Shown piece by piece: positions 28,047 to 41,845 of a DNA stretch of 64,000 nt. The notes under the pieces were generated by a model. That model made no database searches and was not told the DNA's origin. It saw nothing but the letters and a program-made list of their open reading frames with translations. Numbering within the stretch: position 1 is the first letter of the stretch; every line of letters begins with the position of its first letter. This DNA comes from Octopus vulgaris. Lineage: Eukaryota. The position numbers and the translations under genes were made by a program. The stretch covers positions 43,090,001-43,154,000 of the forward strand of contig OX597837.1 of the NCBI GenBank assembly GCA_951406725.2. Direction: 5' to 3'.

Positions 28047-28577
28047 ATAATCAAAGGCGTTCCAGACGTGACCATCACGCTTTTGGATACTGAGGGAATT
28101 CGTTCAATTAATACAGTACTGTGATTTCTGTTAGATTTCGTTGCTTTTTCTAGCAAGCCCAAAATATCATGTAGAGGTTCCATTCTTGTTGGAAACCGTA
28201 CTAGTTGTGGCGATGATGGTGGTATAATCAAAGGCGTTCCAGACGTGACCAAGCTTTTTGGATAATTAAAGAATTTGTTCAATTAAGACAATACTGTGAT
28301 TTCTGTTACACTTCGTTGCTTTTTCTAGCAAGCCCAAAATATCATGTAGAGGTTCCATTCTTGTTGGAAACCGTACTGGTTGTTGCGATGATGGTGGTAT
28401 AATCAAAGGCGTTCCAGACGTGACCATCACGCTTTTTGGATAATGAAAGAATTCGTTCAATTAAGACAGTGGATTTCTGTTGGATTTCGTTGCTTTTTCT
28501 AGCAAGCCCAAAATATCATGTAGAGGTTCCATTCTTGTTGGAAGCCATAATTGTGGTGATGATGATGATGGTGGTAT
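28047..28577 (+). repeat. ~176-bp tandem repeat x3
   Basis: Units start ataatcaaaggcgttccagacgtgacca at 28047, 28224 and 28399. Confidence 0.95.
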
Positions 28578-28838
28578 GTTGCGATGTTGCTACTGATTTA
28601 GAAGCATTTTCTTTGGTGTGCCGGATTCCCTGTTTCTTCCACGTCCAGCCAACGCAAAATGTACTCTAAAGATGGGTTGAAGAAAGAAATTAACTTCATT
28701 GAAGGAAAGAAGAAACGACAAATAAATAAACGACAAAAAAGCAAAGAAAACAAAAACAATATAATATAAAATAATATAATAAAAATGAAATATGATAAAA
28801 AATATTCATTTTGTCAATATCATATAATATATAATATA

Positions 28839-28919
<81 letters not shown>

Positions 28920-28960
28920 TGATGATGATGATGATGATGATGATAATAATAATAATAACG

Positions 28961-28994
<34 letters not shown>

Positions 28995-29004
28995 TATAAT
29001 GATA

Positions 29005-29068
<64 letters not shown>

Positions 29069-29420
29069 TTATTTTATGATGATAATAAAATAGAAATAAA
29101 TAATATGAATTGGAATGTCGCTTGAAAACAAGAAAATATGATTTCATAAAGTGTGTTCAACATTTCTTTTTACAGAATTTACAGTAACTCTAAAGAGAAA
29201 ATTGAAAAATAAAAAAAAAGGAAAGAAAAAAAAAGAATAGAAAAAAAAATAGCGAATTAGAAAATACGAAACTAAAAATCTATCAACTTTGCCTCGTTTC
29301 AGTTTTAGTTTCATTATTGACAAAGAAAAAAAAAAGAAACATAACACATATTGAAATGCTACAAATAAAATGATAAAATATGTAACATGGAGTCAATAGT
29401 TGTCACATTTATATGTTGTG
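28570..29420 (-). other. Diverged cassette copy 3
   Basis: aatgtactctaaag..gaaattaacttcattga; aaaatatgatttcataaagtgtg..tttacagaatt; tcgtttcagttttagtttc; catggagtcaa. Confidence 0.6.
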
Positions 29421-29631
29421 TTATTCGTGTTTTAAGGAATCGATTCGGTGTTTTTGCCTTTGTAACGTTTATATACAACGGATGTAAAATAGTGCGACTT
29501 ATACGCGAGTAAATATTGTCATGTATATATATATATATATATATGCGTGTGTTGTATGTGTGTGTATGTGTATACATACATACATACATACATACATACA
29601 TACATACATACATACATACATACATGCATAT

Positions 29632-29736
<105 letters not shown>

Positions 29737-29806
29737 GGAGTAAACACATAAATGTGAAACAAGGTGGAAAAAAGAGTACTCAAATACCAGTGGTAGAGTA
29801 ATATGC

Positions 29807-29974
<168 letters not shown>

Positions 29975-30054
29975 ATTCAAAATGTGACCGCGTGTGTACC
30001 GTTGGCGATCTTTTTCCCTCTGTCTTCCCTTCTCTGGATCTTTCCTTCTCCTAT

Positions 30055-30089
30055 GTTTCCGACGAAGAGCTCCGCTCGAAACGTTAAAC
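30055..30089 (+). ncRNA. Minimal type-I hammerhead-ribozyme-like motif in a Penelope-like relic (29972-30190)
   Basis: GTTT-CCGACGA-A-GAGC-tcc-GCTC-GAAACGTTA-AAC; palindromic AACGTT stem III. Confidence 0.6.
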
Positions 30090-30187
30090 CCTCCTTCTTT
30101 CCTTCTTTCCTGAACGTCCAATAATACTATATTTGTTCCACGTCCTCGCGTTGTTGAGTTTTTTTGTGCTTTCATGTTTGGGTTAAC

Positions 30188-30262
<75 letters not shown>

Positions 30263-30704
30263 GTATGTGTGTGTGTGTGTGTATTTATGCGTGTGTGTCT
30301 TTGTGTCTTTGTGGTTGTCCTACTCCCACTATTTCATGACAACCGATGTTGGTGTGTTTATGTCTCCGTAATTTAGCGGTTCGGTAAAGAAACCGACAGA
30401 ATAAGTACCAAGTTGATATCAAATTTGAATATGAAAGGGAAAAGTCTTTTACTAGGATTTAACATTAAATCAGGGGTTCTGATTGAGTGACAAACAAATA
30501 CAGGATATTATTAAGCATAGAGGAATGCTTGGATCGTTTTGTGCTCATCGAAGAATCTCCACCGCTGCTGATGCTACACTCAAAATGTTTTTTATTCTCG
30601 TGGGAAATTCTGTTGTAGGAACGTCTCTTGTACGAAAGCCTCCTTTTACTGTTTTGATCTACGGAGATGGAATGGTAAAATTACCTTACAAAAACTGGTA
30701 AATA

Positions 30705-30930
30705 TATTTCTTTACTGCCCACAAGAGTCTAAACACAGAGAGGACAAACAAGGACAGACAAACGGATTAAGTCGACTATATCGACCCCAGTGCGTAACTG
30801 GTACTTATTTAATCGACCCTGAAAGGATGAAAGACAAAGTCGACCTCTGCAGAATTTGAACTCAGAACGTAACGGCAGACGAAATACTGCTAAGCATTTC
30901 ACCCGGCGTGCTAATGATTCAGCCAGCTCA
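30705..30930 (-). mobile_element. SINE family C
   Basis: Matches 13417-13648; back-to-back with a family A head. Confidence 0.88.
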
Positions 30931-31118
30931 GGCGCAGGCGTGGCTGTGTGGTAAGAAGCTTGCTCCCCTACCACATGGTTCCGGGTTCAGTTCTGCTGCA
31001 TGACACATTGGGTAAGTGCCTTCTATTATATCCTCGGGCCGATCAAAGCCTTGTGAGTGGATTTAGTAGACGGAAACTGGAAGAAGCCCATCGTATGCAT
31101 GTATATTTGTCTGTGCGT

Positions 31119-31164
<46 letters not shown>

Positions 31165-31354
31165 TTGCCATCGCTTGGCAACCGATGCTGGTGTGTTTAT
31201 ATAACCGTAAATTAGCGGTTCGGCAAAAGAGGCCGATAGAATAAATAACAGGCTTACACAGACTAAGTCCTGGAATCGATTTCTTCGATTAACAACCTCC
31301 ATTGTGGAGCTCCAGCACGGCCGCAGTCAAATGTCTGAAACAATTAAAAGAATA
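30931..31354 (+). mobile_element. Full-length SINE family A
   Basis: ggcgcaggcgtggctgtgtggtaag (A box)...gggttcagttc (B box)...(TG)n...gcagtcaaatgtctgaaacaa. Confidence 0.9.
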
Positions 31355-31649
31355 AAATTATAAATAAACAGAAGCAAAGAACCGGGCAATCCTGAAAGCT
31401 TTCGTGTCTCACCTGACTTTCGAAGACTATTCCAGCACTGCTCTTACGAACCATTTCTTTTGAAAGAAGAGATTAGTCTAAATTTTAGTTGTAAAATAAA
31501 TATAAATTGTTTTATTTAATTAAAAAGTACTCATTGTAAAAGCTTCGTAATTTTATTAAAATTCAATATTTCTCAATTTCTTTTGGCAATAAAACATTTA
31601 AAGTGTTATGTTCTTGCAATATCAGCAATTTAAAAATTTAAAATGAAAC

Positions 31650-32033
31650 GGCGTAGGCGTAGGGGTGGGGTGTGTGGTAAGTAGCTTGCTTACCAACCAC
31701 ATGGATACGTGATCAGTCCCACTGCGTGGCACCTTGAGCAAGCGTCTTCTACGATAGTCTCGGGACGACCAAAGCCTTGTGAGTGGATTTGGTAGACGGA
31801 AACTGAAAGAAGCCCGTCGTATATATATATATATATATGTTTGTGTGTCTGTGTTTGCCCCCCTCAACATTGCATAACCGATGCTGGTGTGTTTATGTCC
31901 CCATACCTTAATGGTTTGGTAAAAGAGACCGATAGAATAAGTACTAGGCTTACAAAGTCCTGGGGTCGATTTGCTCAAATAAAGGCGGTGCTCCAGCATG
32001 ACTGCAGTCAAATGTCCGAAACAAGTAAAAGAG
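31650..32033 (+). mobile_element. Full-length SINE family A
   Basis: Same architecture as 30931-31354. Confidence 0.9.
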
Positions 32034-32292
32034 TGTATATCGCTGAAAAATATCTGGTATCTAACATCTTATTCTTATTTCATTAGACTGTGGCCATGCT
32101 GGAACACCGCCTTGAAGGGCATAGTCGAATATATTAATCCCAGTACTTTTAATTTACGTCCTTATTTTTTAAGACTGGGTACTTATCCCCTCGGTGTCTC
32201 TTGCTAGGTAACGAGGACGTAAACAAAGTAACACTATCTCTCTCTTTGTATATATATGTTTACATACATACACACATATATACATACATACA

Positions 32293-32328
<36 letters not shown>

Positions 32329-32569
32329 TATACATATATATATATATACACATATATATACACATATATATATATACTTGTGCCTTGGCGTGAGGGGATT
32401 ACTTTCTAGGTGCAAGCCCATGACGGAAGGGGTTCTTATATATATATATATACATTTGTGTTTATGTGTGTATATATATATATATTGTGGTGCCGTAACA
32501 GCGTAGAACCGCCATTTCTTCTTTGTAGAGATGGTAATGTGTTGTGCTACAACCGCAGATTGTTGTTGT

Positions 32570-32867
32570 GGTGGTGGTATGTTGTGCCGTTGTGATGTTT
32601 GCCGCTGTTCAGAAACACCTTTGACTCGCTTGTTTTTATTTAGTTTTTTTCCTCTTCAACGTCTAGTCGATGTATAATGTACTCTAAGTTCGGCTGGAGA
32701 AAAAAAAATTAGCTTCTGAAAGAACAAAAGGCAGGTAAAAAAAAATAACCAGAAAAATCACAACAAACAGCCAAGACAAAAACAAAACAGAACAAAAAAA
32801 AAGAAGCAAAACAAAAAAAGCCACCAATGAAAACATAATACTAATACTACTACTAATAATAACAACA

Positions 32868-32914
<47 letters not shown>

Positions 32915-33590
32915 CTACTGAATGATAATAATAATGATAATAATAATGATAATAATAATGATAATAATAAGAATCTTCATAATAATAATAATATAATAAT
33001 AATAATAATAAACATTATTATTATTATTATTAATCATTATTATTGTTATTATTATTATTATTATCATTATTATCATTATCATCCTCATCAGCATTACTAT
33101 TATTATCATTATTATTATTATTGAGTGAGAGAGCAGTTCATGCCATCAAAGTGACACTGGGGTAAAATATACGAAGCCCAATATACCCATCATGACTACC
33201 CGTCTGATAAGGGCACACCAGGCACATGCATCACAACCATATGTGCGCGACATGGTGATCTCATATCAAGATAAACAGCACATGACCTTGCAGGTGGGGC
33301 CCAGTTAGAATTTTCTTCAGGTTGAGTAGCCTATCCCGCTCAAACGGTCCCTGAATAAGGGTTGTTTAAGGATGTTGAAAGAACCACCCATGTTTCCAGA
33401 GGTGAATTATTCAAACCCCAAAGAATCCTTCTCAACACATGGCTATGATGCTCCCCCACTACTTCTGCTCGTGATCAGAGATGCACATATCGTCAGCCAC
33501 TAAGGGACATGCTCAACTGGTTACGGTCAAACAACTGACAAGCAAATCTGTGGTATTGAGCAGAATATTTGCTGTAGACTATTATTATTA

Positions 33591-33628
<38 letters not shown>

Positions 33629-34010
33629 GAAACAATTCTTTCTTTCAATTAAATAAAAGGAAGAAAGAAATTCGGAAGTGTCTTAAGAAGGAGAGAATAT
33701 AATTTCTTGAGATGTGTTATATACGTTTCCATTTACAGAATCATCAGTAAATGAAAATGAAAAAAATATATTAAAAATAAATAAGAAAAAGAAATATAAA
33801 TAACTAAATAAAAATAACACAATAAAAATTAGCTATTAAAAATATGAAACAAAACATAATCTAGTATGTATCGTTTCAATTTTAGCTTCTGTATTGAGAA
33901 AGAAGTAAATACAAGCGAAGAACATACTGAGTAAATAAAAAAATATATATATATATTTAAATATATGGAGGTCAGTAGGTGTCATAATACTTCGTAGTGT
34001 TTTTGCTTCA
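32570..34010 (-). other. Diverged cassette copy 4, expanded by (AAT)n and a 458-bp insertion
   Basis: aatgtactctaag..aaattagcttc; gaatataatttc..tttccatttacagaat; tgtatcgtttcaattttagcttctgtattg; atatggaggtca. Confidence 0.6.
33123..33580. mobile_element. 458-bp non-coding element inserted in (ATT)n
   Basis: Near-identical inverted copy at 43156-43613; both flanked on each side by (TAA)n. Confidence 0.9.
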
Positions 34011-34053
34011 AGTAATAACTGAGGTGTTTTGTTGTCGTTTATATAAATTATGT

Positions 34054-34438
34054 GTGGAAGGCGCAATGGCCCAGTGGTTAGGGCAGCGGACTCGCGGTCA
34101 TAGGAGTGCAGTTTCGATTCCCAGACCGGGCGTTGTGAGTGTTTATTGAGCGAAAACACCTAAAGCTCCACGAGGCTCCGGCAGGGGATAGTGGTGATCC
34201 CTGCTGTGCTCTTTCACCACAACTTTCTCTCAATCTTACTTCCTGTTTCGGTTGTACCTGTATTTCAAAGGGCCGGCCTTGTCACTTTCTGTGTCACGCT
34301 GAATATCCCCGAGAACTACGTTAAGGGTACACGTGTCTGTGGAGTGCTCAGCCACTTACACGTTAATTCCACGAGCAGGCTGTTCCGTTGATTCGGATCA
34401 ACCGGAACCCTCGTCGTCGTAACCGACGGAGTGCTTCC
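34054..34438 (+). mobile_element. Full-length SINE family B with TSD
   Basis: TSD ataaattatgt at 34043-34053 and 34439-34449. Confidence 0.93.
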
Positions 34439-34787
34439 ATAAATTATGTTATTAAATATACAGGGGAGGCTGTGAGCTGGAAAGGTTCCTTAGTGCGCCG
34501 TACAAAATGGTTACCAGCATTTCTTCCGGCTCTTTACGTTATGTGTTCAAGCTCCGCTGAGGTCGATTTTGTCTTTTATTCCCTTTCGGTGGGTGGGGGG
34601 TCGGGTGTGATAAAGTAAGTACTATTTGAGCCCTGTCTTGGGGATCGATGTTATCGACTTCTTTCTCCCCTTAAAAATTGCTGGCCTTGTGCAAAAATTT
34701 GAAACGATTATTAAGGACACTAGCAGAAAAACCGCCCTCCAATGTCGGTTTTCTGTTGGCATATGTGTTGCGTATATTAATATTATA

Positions 34788-35307
34788 AAAAAATAAATAA
34801 ATGCGCCCTTTTTAAAGCCTAGCCAGGCTCATGGGCCCGGTTTCCCGGTTTCTATGGCGTATGTGTTCCCCAGCTGGACGGGATGCCAGTCCATCGCAGC
34901 GTTACTCAATTTTGCCAGCTGAGTGGACTGGAGCAGCGTGAAACGAAGTATTTTGCTCAAGAACACAACGCGTCGCCAGGTCCAGGAATCGAAACCACAA
35001 TCTTACGATCATGATGCTAACACCCTTAACCACTAAACCACGCGCCTCCACAAATAAATGCGCCCTTTTAAAGCCTAGCCAGGCTCATGGGCCCGGTTTC
35101 CCGGTTTCAATGGCGTATGTGTTCCCCATTTGGACGGGATGACAGTCCATCGCAGCCTTACACATTTTTTCCAGCTGAGTGGACTGGAGCAACGTGAAAT
35201 GAAGTGTTTTGCTCAAGAACACAACGCGTCGCCCTGTCCAGGAATCGAAACCACAATCTTACGACCATGATACTGACACCCTTAACCACTAAGCCACGCG
35301 CCTCCAC
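34788..35307 (-). mobile_element. Tandem dimer of a tRNA/CORE-like SINE within one TSD
   Basis: Two ~257-bp units; atattaatattata at 34774-34787 and 35308-35321. Confidence 0.9.
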
Positions 35308-35861
35308 ATATTAATATTATACATACATATAAGATATGATACATAAATTATAGAGTAAATTAACAATATGAATTAAACAAAGACCCTGCTATAGTTTATT
35401 CTATAATCAGTAAAATAATCCATGACGTATTTAAAAAGGAGGATAATGAAAATTGGAAGAGATGAAACTGTCAAGGGAAAACGTCCGTGAATCTTCACTT
35501 GAGTGAATTTGAAAGCAGATTCTCTGCTGGGAATTAAGGAATTACATTTATCAATATCAAGAGATGAGTTTTGCTATATTGTTGTTTCATTATATTCACT
35601 TATAGACGACTGAAGTGTTTCCAGTGTCCCTTTCCGAGCAATTAAAAAGGAAACTTAACTACATTTCAATTAAAAGAGAATAATGAATGTCTCACATCAA
35701 TGTAGAATTGTTTTGCCGACACAACTGTCAGTAAATGGACCCCTTTTCATTTATCTCTATTAATATTTTTATATCTACTTTACTTGACGTTCTTGATAAT
35801 GTAACGTACATCTTACCACGTGCGAAGAATTGTGCTGGGAGATGATATTAAGGACTAAATA

Positions 35862-36765
35862 TATTTCTTTACTGCCCACAAGGGGCTAAACATAGAGGGG
35901 ACAAACAAGGACAGACAAAGGGATTAAGTTGATCACATCGACCCCAGTGCAAAACTGATACTTTATTTATTGACCCCGAAAGGATGAAAGGCAAAGTCGA
36001 CCTCAGCGGAATTTGAACTCAGAACATAGCGACAGGCGAAATACCTGTTTCTTTACTAACCACAAGGGGCTAAACACAGAGGGGACAAACAAGGACAGAT
36101 GAAGGGATTAAGTCGATTATATCGACCCCAGTGCGTAACTGGTACTTATTTAATCGACCCCGAAAGGATGAAAGGCAAAGTCGGCCTCAGCGGAATTTGA
36201 ACTCAGAACGTAACGGTAGACGAAATACCGCAAAGCATTTCGCCCGGCGTGCTAACGTTTCTGCCAGCTCACCGCCTTATTATGGACTAAATAAGTTGAA
36301 GTGCTACTCCGTCTGTCTTTACGTTTTGAGTTCAAATTCCGTCTAGGTCGCCTTTTCATTTCATCCTTTCGGGGTCGATAAATTAAGTATCAATTGCGTA
36401 GCCGTATTTCGTCTGCCGTTACGTTTTGAGTTCAAATTCCGCCGAGGTCGACTTTGCCTTCATCCTTTCGGGGTCGATTAAATAAGTACCAGTTACGCAC
36501 TGGGGTCGATGTAATCAACTTAATCCGTTTGTCTGTCCTTGTTTGTCCCCTATATGTTTAGCCCCTTGTGGGCAATAAAGAAATAAGAAATATTAGCACG
36601 CCGGGCTAAATGCTTGCCGGTATTTCTTCTGCCTTTGCGTTCTGAGTTCAAATTTCGCCGAGGTTGAGTTTGCCTTTCATCATTTCGGGGTCGATAAATT
36701 AAGTACCAGTTCCGTACTGGGGTGGATTTGAATTTCGGGTGCTGTGCCTTGAGTAGAAAAGAATA
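35862..36765. mobile_element. Cluster of SINE family C multimers (minus 35862-36278; plus 36305-36765)
   Basis: Five family C units in divergent arrangement. Confidence 0.88.
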
Positions 36766-36802
36766 ACCTGTACATACACGTACATATAAATATAAAAAAA
36801 AG

Positions 36803-37100
36803 TGGAGGAACATGGCCTAGTATTTAGAGCAGCGGACTCACGGTCAAGGGATCGTGGGTTCGAATTTCAGACCGGGCTATGTGTGTGTTTATGAGCGAAA
36901 CACCGAAGCTCCACGCAGCTCTGGCAGAGGGTAATGGCGAACTTCTGCTGACTCTTTCGCTACAACTTTCTCTCACTCTCTCCTCTTGCAGCTCACCTGC
37001 GACGGACCGGCGTCCCATCCCGGAGGGGAACTTAGACGCCAAGGAAAGCGGGAAACCGGCCCTTATGAGCCGGGCCGTGACTCGAGAAGGAACAAACTAT
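36803..37100 (+). mobile_element. SINE family B variant
   Basis: tggaggaacatggcctagtatttagagcagcggactc...ggttcgaatttc; cctgcgacggaccggcgtcccatcc. Confidence 0.85.
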
Positions 37101-37499
37101 TTATGCAAATTATATTAATATATTGTCTCGTGAGTCAATGAAACAAGACCTCCACGAAGCTGCTTGATGATCTGTTAGAAATATCTGCAAAATTTTCCCC
37201 AAATCTCCTCCGACCATTTTAGAAAGAAGGCTCCTGTAGTACTAAATACAAGAACATGACGAGATGGCCATATCCAGATCATACTTGATCAAACGTTTGC
37301 TGTCACAAAAGTCTAAAAATTTTTTGGCTTCTAATTTATATGTTTACATCAGAACAACTTAAACAGAATCGTTTGAGCATCATACAGAATATCCTGGAGT
37401 ATTTGTTCCGGTTCTACAAGCTGGTCTGCGTTCAAATCCGGCCCTCTGACAGAAACTTTATCCTTTGTCAATTTATGGTCGATAAAATAAAGTACCAGT

Positions 37500-37827
37500 T
37501 AAATGATGGTGATGATGGTGATGATCGACGTCGACATCATTATCACCACGACGACCACGACCACCACCACCACCTCCACTATCACTACCTCGAACACGAC
37601 GACGACCACGACCACGACCACCACCACCACTCCAATCATCATCATCCTCACCATCATCATCATCATCATCTTCCTTTTTTATTTCTCCTTTTTCCTTCCT
37701 TCCTTCACCCTTACTTTCTTTCTTTCCTTCTTTCCTTCCTTCTTTTTCCTTTCTTTCTTTCTTTCTTTCTTTCTTTCCTTCTTTCCTTCTTTCTTTCCTT
37801 CTTTCTTTCTTTCTTTCCTTCTTTCTC

Positions 37828-37858
<31 letters not shown>

Positions 37859-37879
37859 CTCTTTCTTTCTTTCTTTCTC

Positions 37880-37947
<68 letters not shown>

Positions 37948-38044
37948 TCCTTCTTTCTTTCTTTCTTTCTTTCCTTCTTTCTTTCCTTTCTTTCTTTCTT
38001 TCTTTCCTTCTTTCGCTCTTTCTTTCTTTCTTTCTTTCTTTCTC

Positions 38045-38080
<36 letters not shown>

Positions 38081-38125
38081 TTTTCTTTCTTTCTTTCTTT
38101 CTTTCTTTCTTTCCTTCTTTCTTTC
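37500..38125. repeat. (CAC/CAT)n followed by long (TTTC)n tract
   Basis: Direct inspection. Confidence 0.95.
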
Positions 38126-38129
38126 CATA

Positions 38130-38400
38130 TATACCAGTCCCGTTTTCAGCAACCATGTTTTGGTCTCAAGCCAACATGACACTTTCTCAGACTAATAAAA
38201 AAAGAATAATAAAATAAAAAAAAATCCCACCTAACACTATAAAAAAGAAATAAAAATAAAACAAGCTCGTCAAAATACAAAGAAAAACGAAAATAAATGC
38301 ACATTGTAAATTGCTAAAAGTAATAGCTATATGTATTTCTATAGAATGTTCTATTCGCTTCCATTACTGAAAGACCTCTAAATATGGGCATACGCATAAA
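38130..38400 (-). other. Probable diverged cassette copy 5
   Basis: atgtatttctatagaatgttctattcgcttccattactgaa matches block 2; caagccaacatgacacttt weakly matches block 1. Confidence 0.4.
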
Positions 38401-38499
38401 ACAAAACAAAGAAAGCGTATTAAAAGTATATACACCACAGTATATAGAGTACATTGCTTAGCATATATATATATGTATGTATATGAGTGTATATATTTA

Positions 38500-38548
<49 letters not shown>

Positions 38549-38608
38549 TATATGCATATATATGCGTGTGTATGTAAATGTATGTGTACATATATACATT
38601 CATATATC

Positions 38609-38702
<94 letters not shown>

Positions 38703-38803
38703 CATACATATAAACTGATACCATAAACTTTACTAAGTAGTTGTATGCTCTTTTCGACACAAATGTTAAGAGTTATTCCTTAGAGAATCTATCTATCTAT
38801 CCT

Positions 38804-38845
<42 letters not shown>

Positions 38846-38975
38846 GATCTATCTGTCTATCTAACTTTCTCTCTATCTGTCTGTTTATCTATCGATACAT
38901 GTATATACGCCTTCTGTCCGAAGTATAATGTACATAAAGTATATATAGTAGGGGATTATATAGAATATATATTTG

Positions 38976-39012
<37 letters not shown>

Positions 39013-39150
39013 TAATGTATATGTATATGAGTGTGCGTGTATATATGTGTATATATATATATAAATATATGCATATATGTATATATATATATACACACCT
39101 ATACATATATATGCATATATATTACAAATTTATAGTATACACATATATAA

Positions 39151-39209
<59 letters not shown>

Positions 39210-39343
39210 CATGTATTTATATATGTGTATACTATAAATTTGTATATACACACATGTGTCTGTATATATATATATATTCATGTGTATATAGGTAAATGGA
39301 CTTCTAATATACGTAAAATAAATATAAATATATTTTTGTACAG

Positions 39344-39467
<124 letters not shown>

Positions 39468-39772
39468 GTCTATCTATCTGTCTACCTATCTGCTTGTCTG
39501 TCTCTATAAATAGCTACACATACGTAGGTGCACAAATACGCACATAAAACAAATTTGAAACCGAGGGAAATATCATTTTATTTCGTTCTCTCGCTTAGAA
39601 TGTCAGTTATTATAAAAGTACAAAAAGCAATATAACGTTCTTCAGCAATCTGGAGTGAACCATTGAGTTTTTGCTAATGTCTTTGTTCATTACATGATGT
39701 AATTCTAGAGTCAGTTTTCACTGCTATTTCTGGCATAGTGGTGCCTCTTCGGTGCCCTAAATTATAATTATA

Positions 39773-39830
<58 letters not shown>

Positions 39831-39901
39831 ATTATTACCTATACGGTTGTTTCCATGCTGGCCACTTGATATGATCGTTATTCTAAATAATGGTATTATT
39901 C

Positions 39902-39949
<48 letters not shown>

Positions 39950-39993
39950 GATAAGAGATTCTTTATTTTCTCTCCTTGTTTCTTTCTCTGTTC

Positions 39994-40030
39994 GTTTCTG
40001 TGGAAGAGCGTAGGCTCGAAACGTTAAAGA
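39994..40030 (+). ncRNA. Degenerate minimal hammerhead-like motif in a Penelope-like relic (39947-40120)
   Basis: GTTT-CTGTGGA-A-GAGC-gtag-GCTC-GAAACGTTA-AAG; relic flanked by (TA)n. Confidence 0.5.
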
Positions 40031-40806
40031 CTTTTTCATTTCCCGAGCGTTAAACTAATACATCTGTTTGTTGTCTACACCACCTGTCTTCATCTTTTGG
40101 CTGTTTTGTGAATTCACCCTATATATATACATATATATATATATATACATATATAAGTATATATACATACGCATATATGTATATGTATGAGTGTATGTGA
40201 GTATGTGTGTGTGTGTGTTTTGTGTCCGTGTTAATCCCTCACCACCACTTGACAACTGTTGGTGTGTTTATGCCCCCGTAACTTAGCGGTTCGGCAAAGT
40301 AAGACAGATAGATTAAGTACCAAGCGCTTGAAAAAAGAAAAAGAAAAAAACAAATACTGGACTCCGACAAAAAATTCTTCAAGATGTTACCCCAGCATGG
40401 CCGCACTCCAGTGACGGAAACCAGTAACAGCTAACGAATAACAAATAAACGTTCGCCTCACTGACACCTGATTTCAATTGTTTTCCTCCATTAAGACAAT
40501 TAAGGAAACACGTAGAATTATTGGACATTTGGAATGGTTAGTTTCTGGGGAACATTTGATTGTAAACAGTGATGTTCCCCATTGAAAGAAAGGACCTAAG
40601 TGGAATGTTCCAGATAGAGTGTTATCGATCGTCGAACGATGAAAGTGAAAAGAGAATTCTCACGTGTGGGTTTTTATGGTGGAGATATGTAAATTGGTAT
40701 TTCACTAAATGAGAGGAGCTGAGATAATTGCTTACTGTATATATATATATATGGGGAGTAATGAGTTGGTGCGCGGAGAGTAAGGTTACGGAGGGAGAAC
40801 GACGAT

Positions 40807-40809
<3 letters not shown>

Positions 40810-40841
<32 letters not shown>

Positions 40842-41070
40842 AGAGAGAGAGGGAGAGGGAAAGAGAGAGAAGAAGAGAGAAAGTGCAAATTGAGAGAGAG
40901 AGAGAGAGAGTGCAAGAGAAAGAGAGATTGCAAGAAGGAGAGGGAGAGAGATTGCATGAAGGAGAGAGAAAGATTGCAAGAGGGAGAGAGAGAGAGAGAG
41001 GGGGAGAGAACGAAATAGCAAGAGAGAGAGAGAGAGTGAGAGAGATTGCAAGAAGGAGAAAGAAAGATTG

Positions 41071-41106
<36 letters not shown>

Positions 41107-41108
41107 CA

Positions 41109-41139
<31 letters not shown>

Positions 41140-41508
41140 GAGATAGCAAGAGAGAGTGAGAGATAGCAAGAGAGAGAGAGAGCGGTTGCAAGAGAAAGAG
41201 AGAGAGGGAAGAAGGCAGCGAGAGGAAGACGGTAAAAGAAAGTTAGATAAAGACGAAGGGAGAGGTGAATGATGTGTGTGAGTGAGAGTTAAAGGGAATA
41301 TTTAGAAGAAAAGTAAGAGGAATGGGAAGAGTTAGGAGAAAAACAGATTTTGTGAATATGTTGGAGTGTGTGCTCGTGTGAATATGTATGCGTTTGGTGT
41401 TTGTGTATATATGTTAGCATATGTGTCTGTATGTGTATGTGACACACACACAGAGGTAGGAGAAAGGACAAGCGAAAGAGAGAGAGAGAGAGAGTGAGAG
41501 GGAGAGAG

Positions 41509-41543
<35 letters not shown>

Positions 41544-41598
41544 TTGTGCAAGAGATATGGAGAGGGAGTGGAATGGGGGAGAGAGAGAGAGAAAGAGA

Positions 41599-41632
<34 letters not shown>

Positions 41633-41845
41633 AAAAGAGAGAGAAAGAGAGAGAGAGAGAGAAAAAGAGAAAGAGAGAAAGAGAGAGAGAGAAAGCGAGA
41701 GAGAGAAAGAGAGAGAGAGACATACAGATTGTGCAAGAGATATGGAGAGGGAGTGGAAAGGAGAGAGGAAGAGAAAGAGAGAGACAGACAGACAGATTGT
41801 GCAAGAGATTTCGAGAAGGAGTGGAAAGGAGAGAGGAAGAGAGAT
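40810..41845. repeat. (GA)n-based polypurine minisatellites
   Basis: Recurring gagattgcaag/gagatagcaag and cagattgtgcaagagat..gagtggaa units in GA arrays. Confidence 0.9.

Noticed and set aside
37340-38195. His-rich / FLSF / KERK ORFs
   Set aside because: Products of (CAC)n and (TTTC)n repeats.
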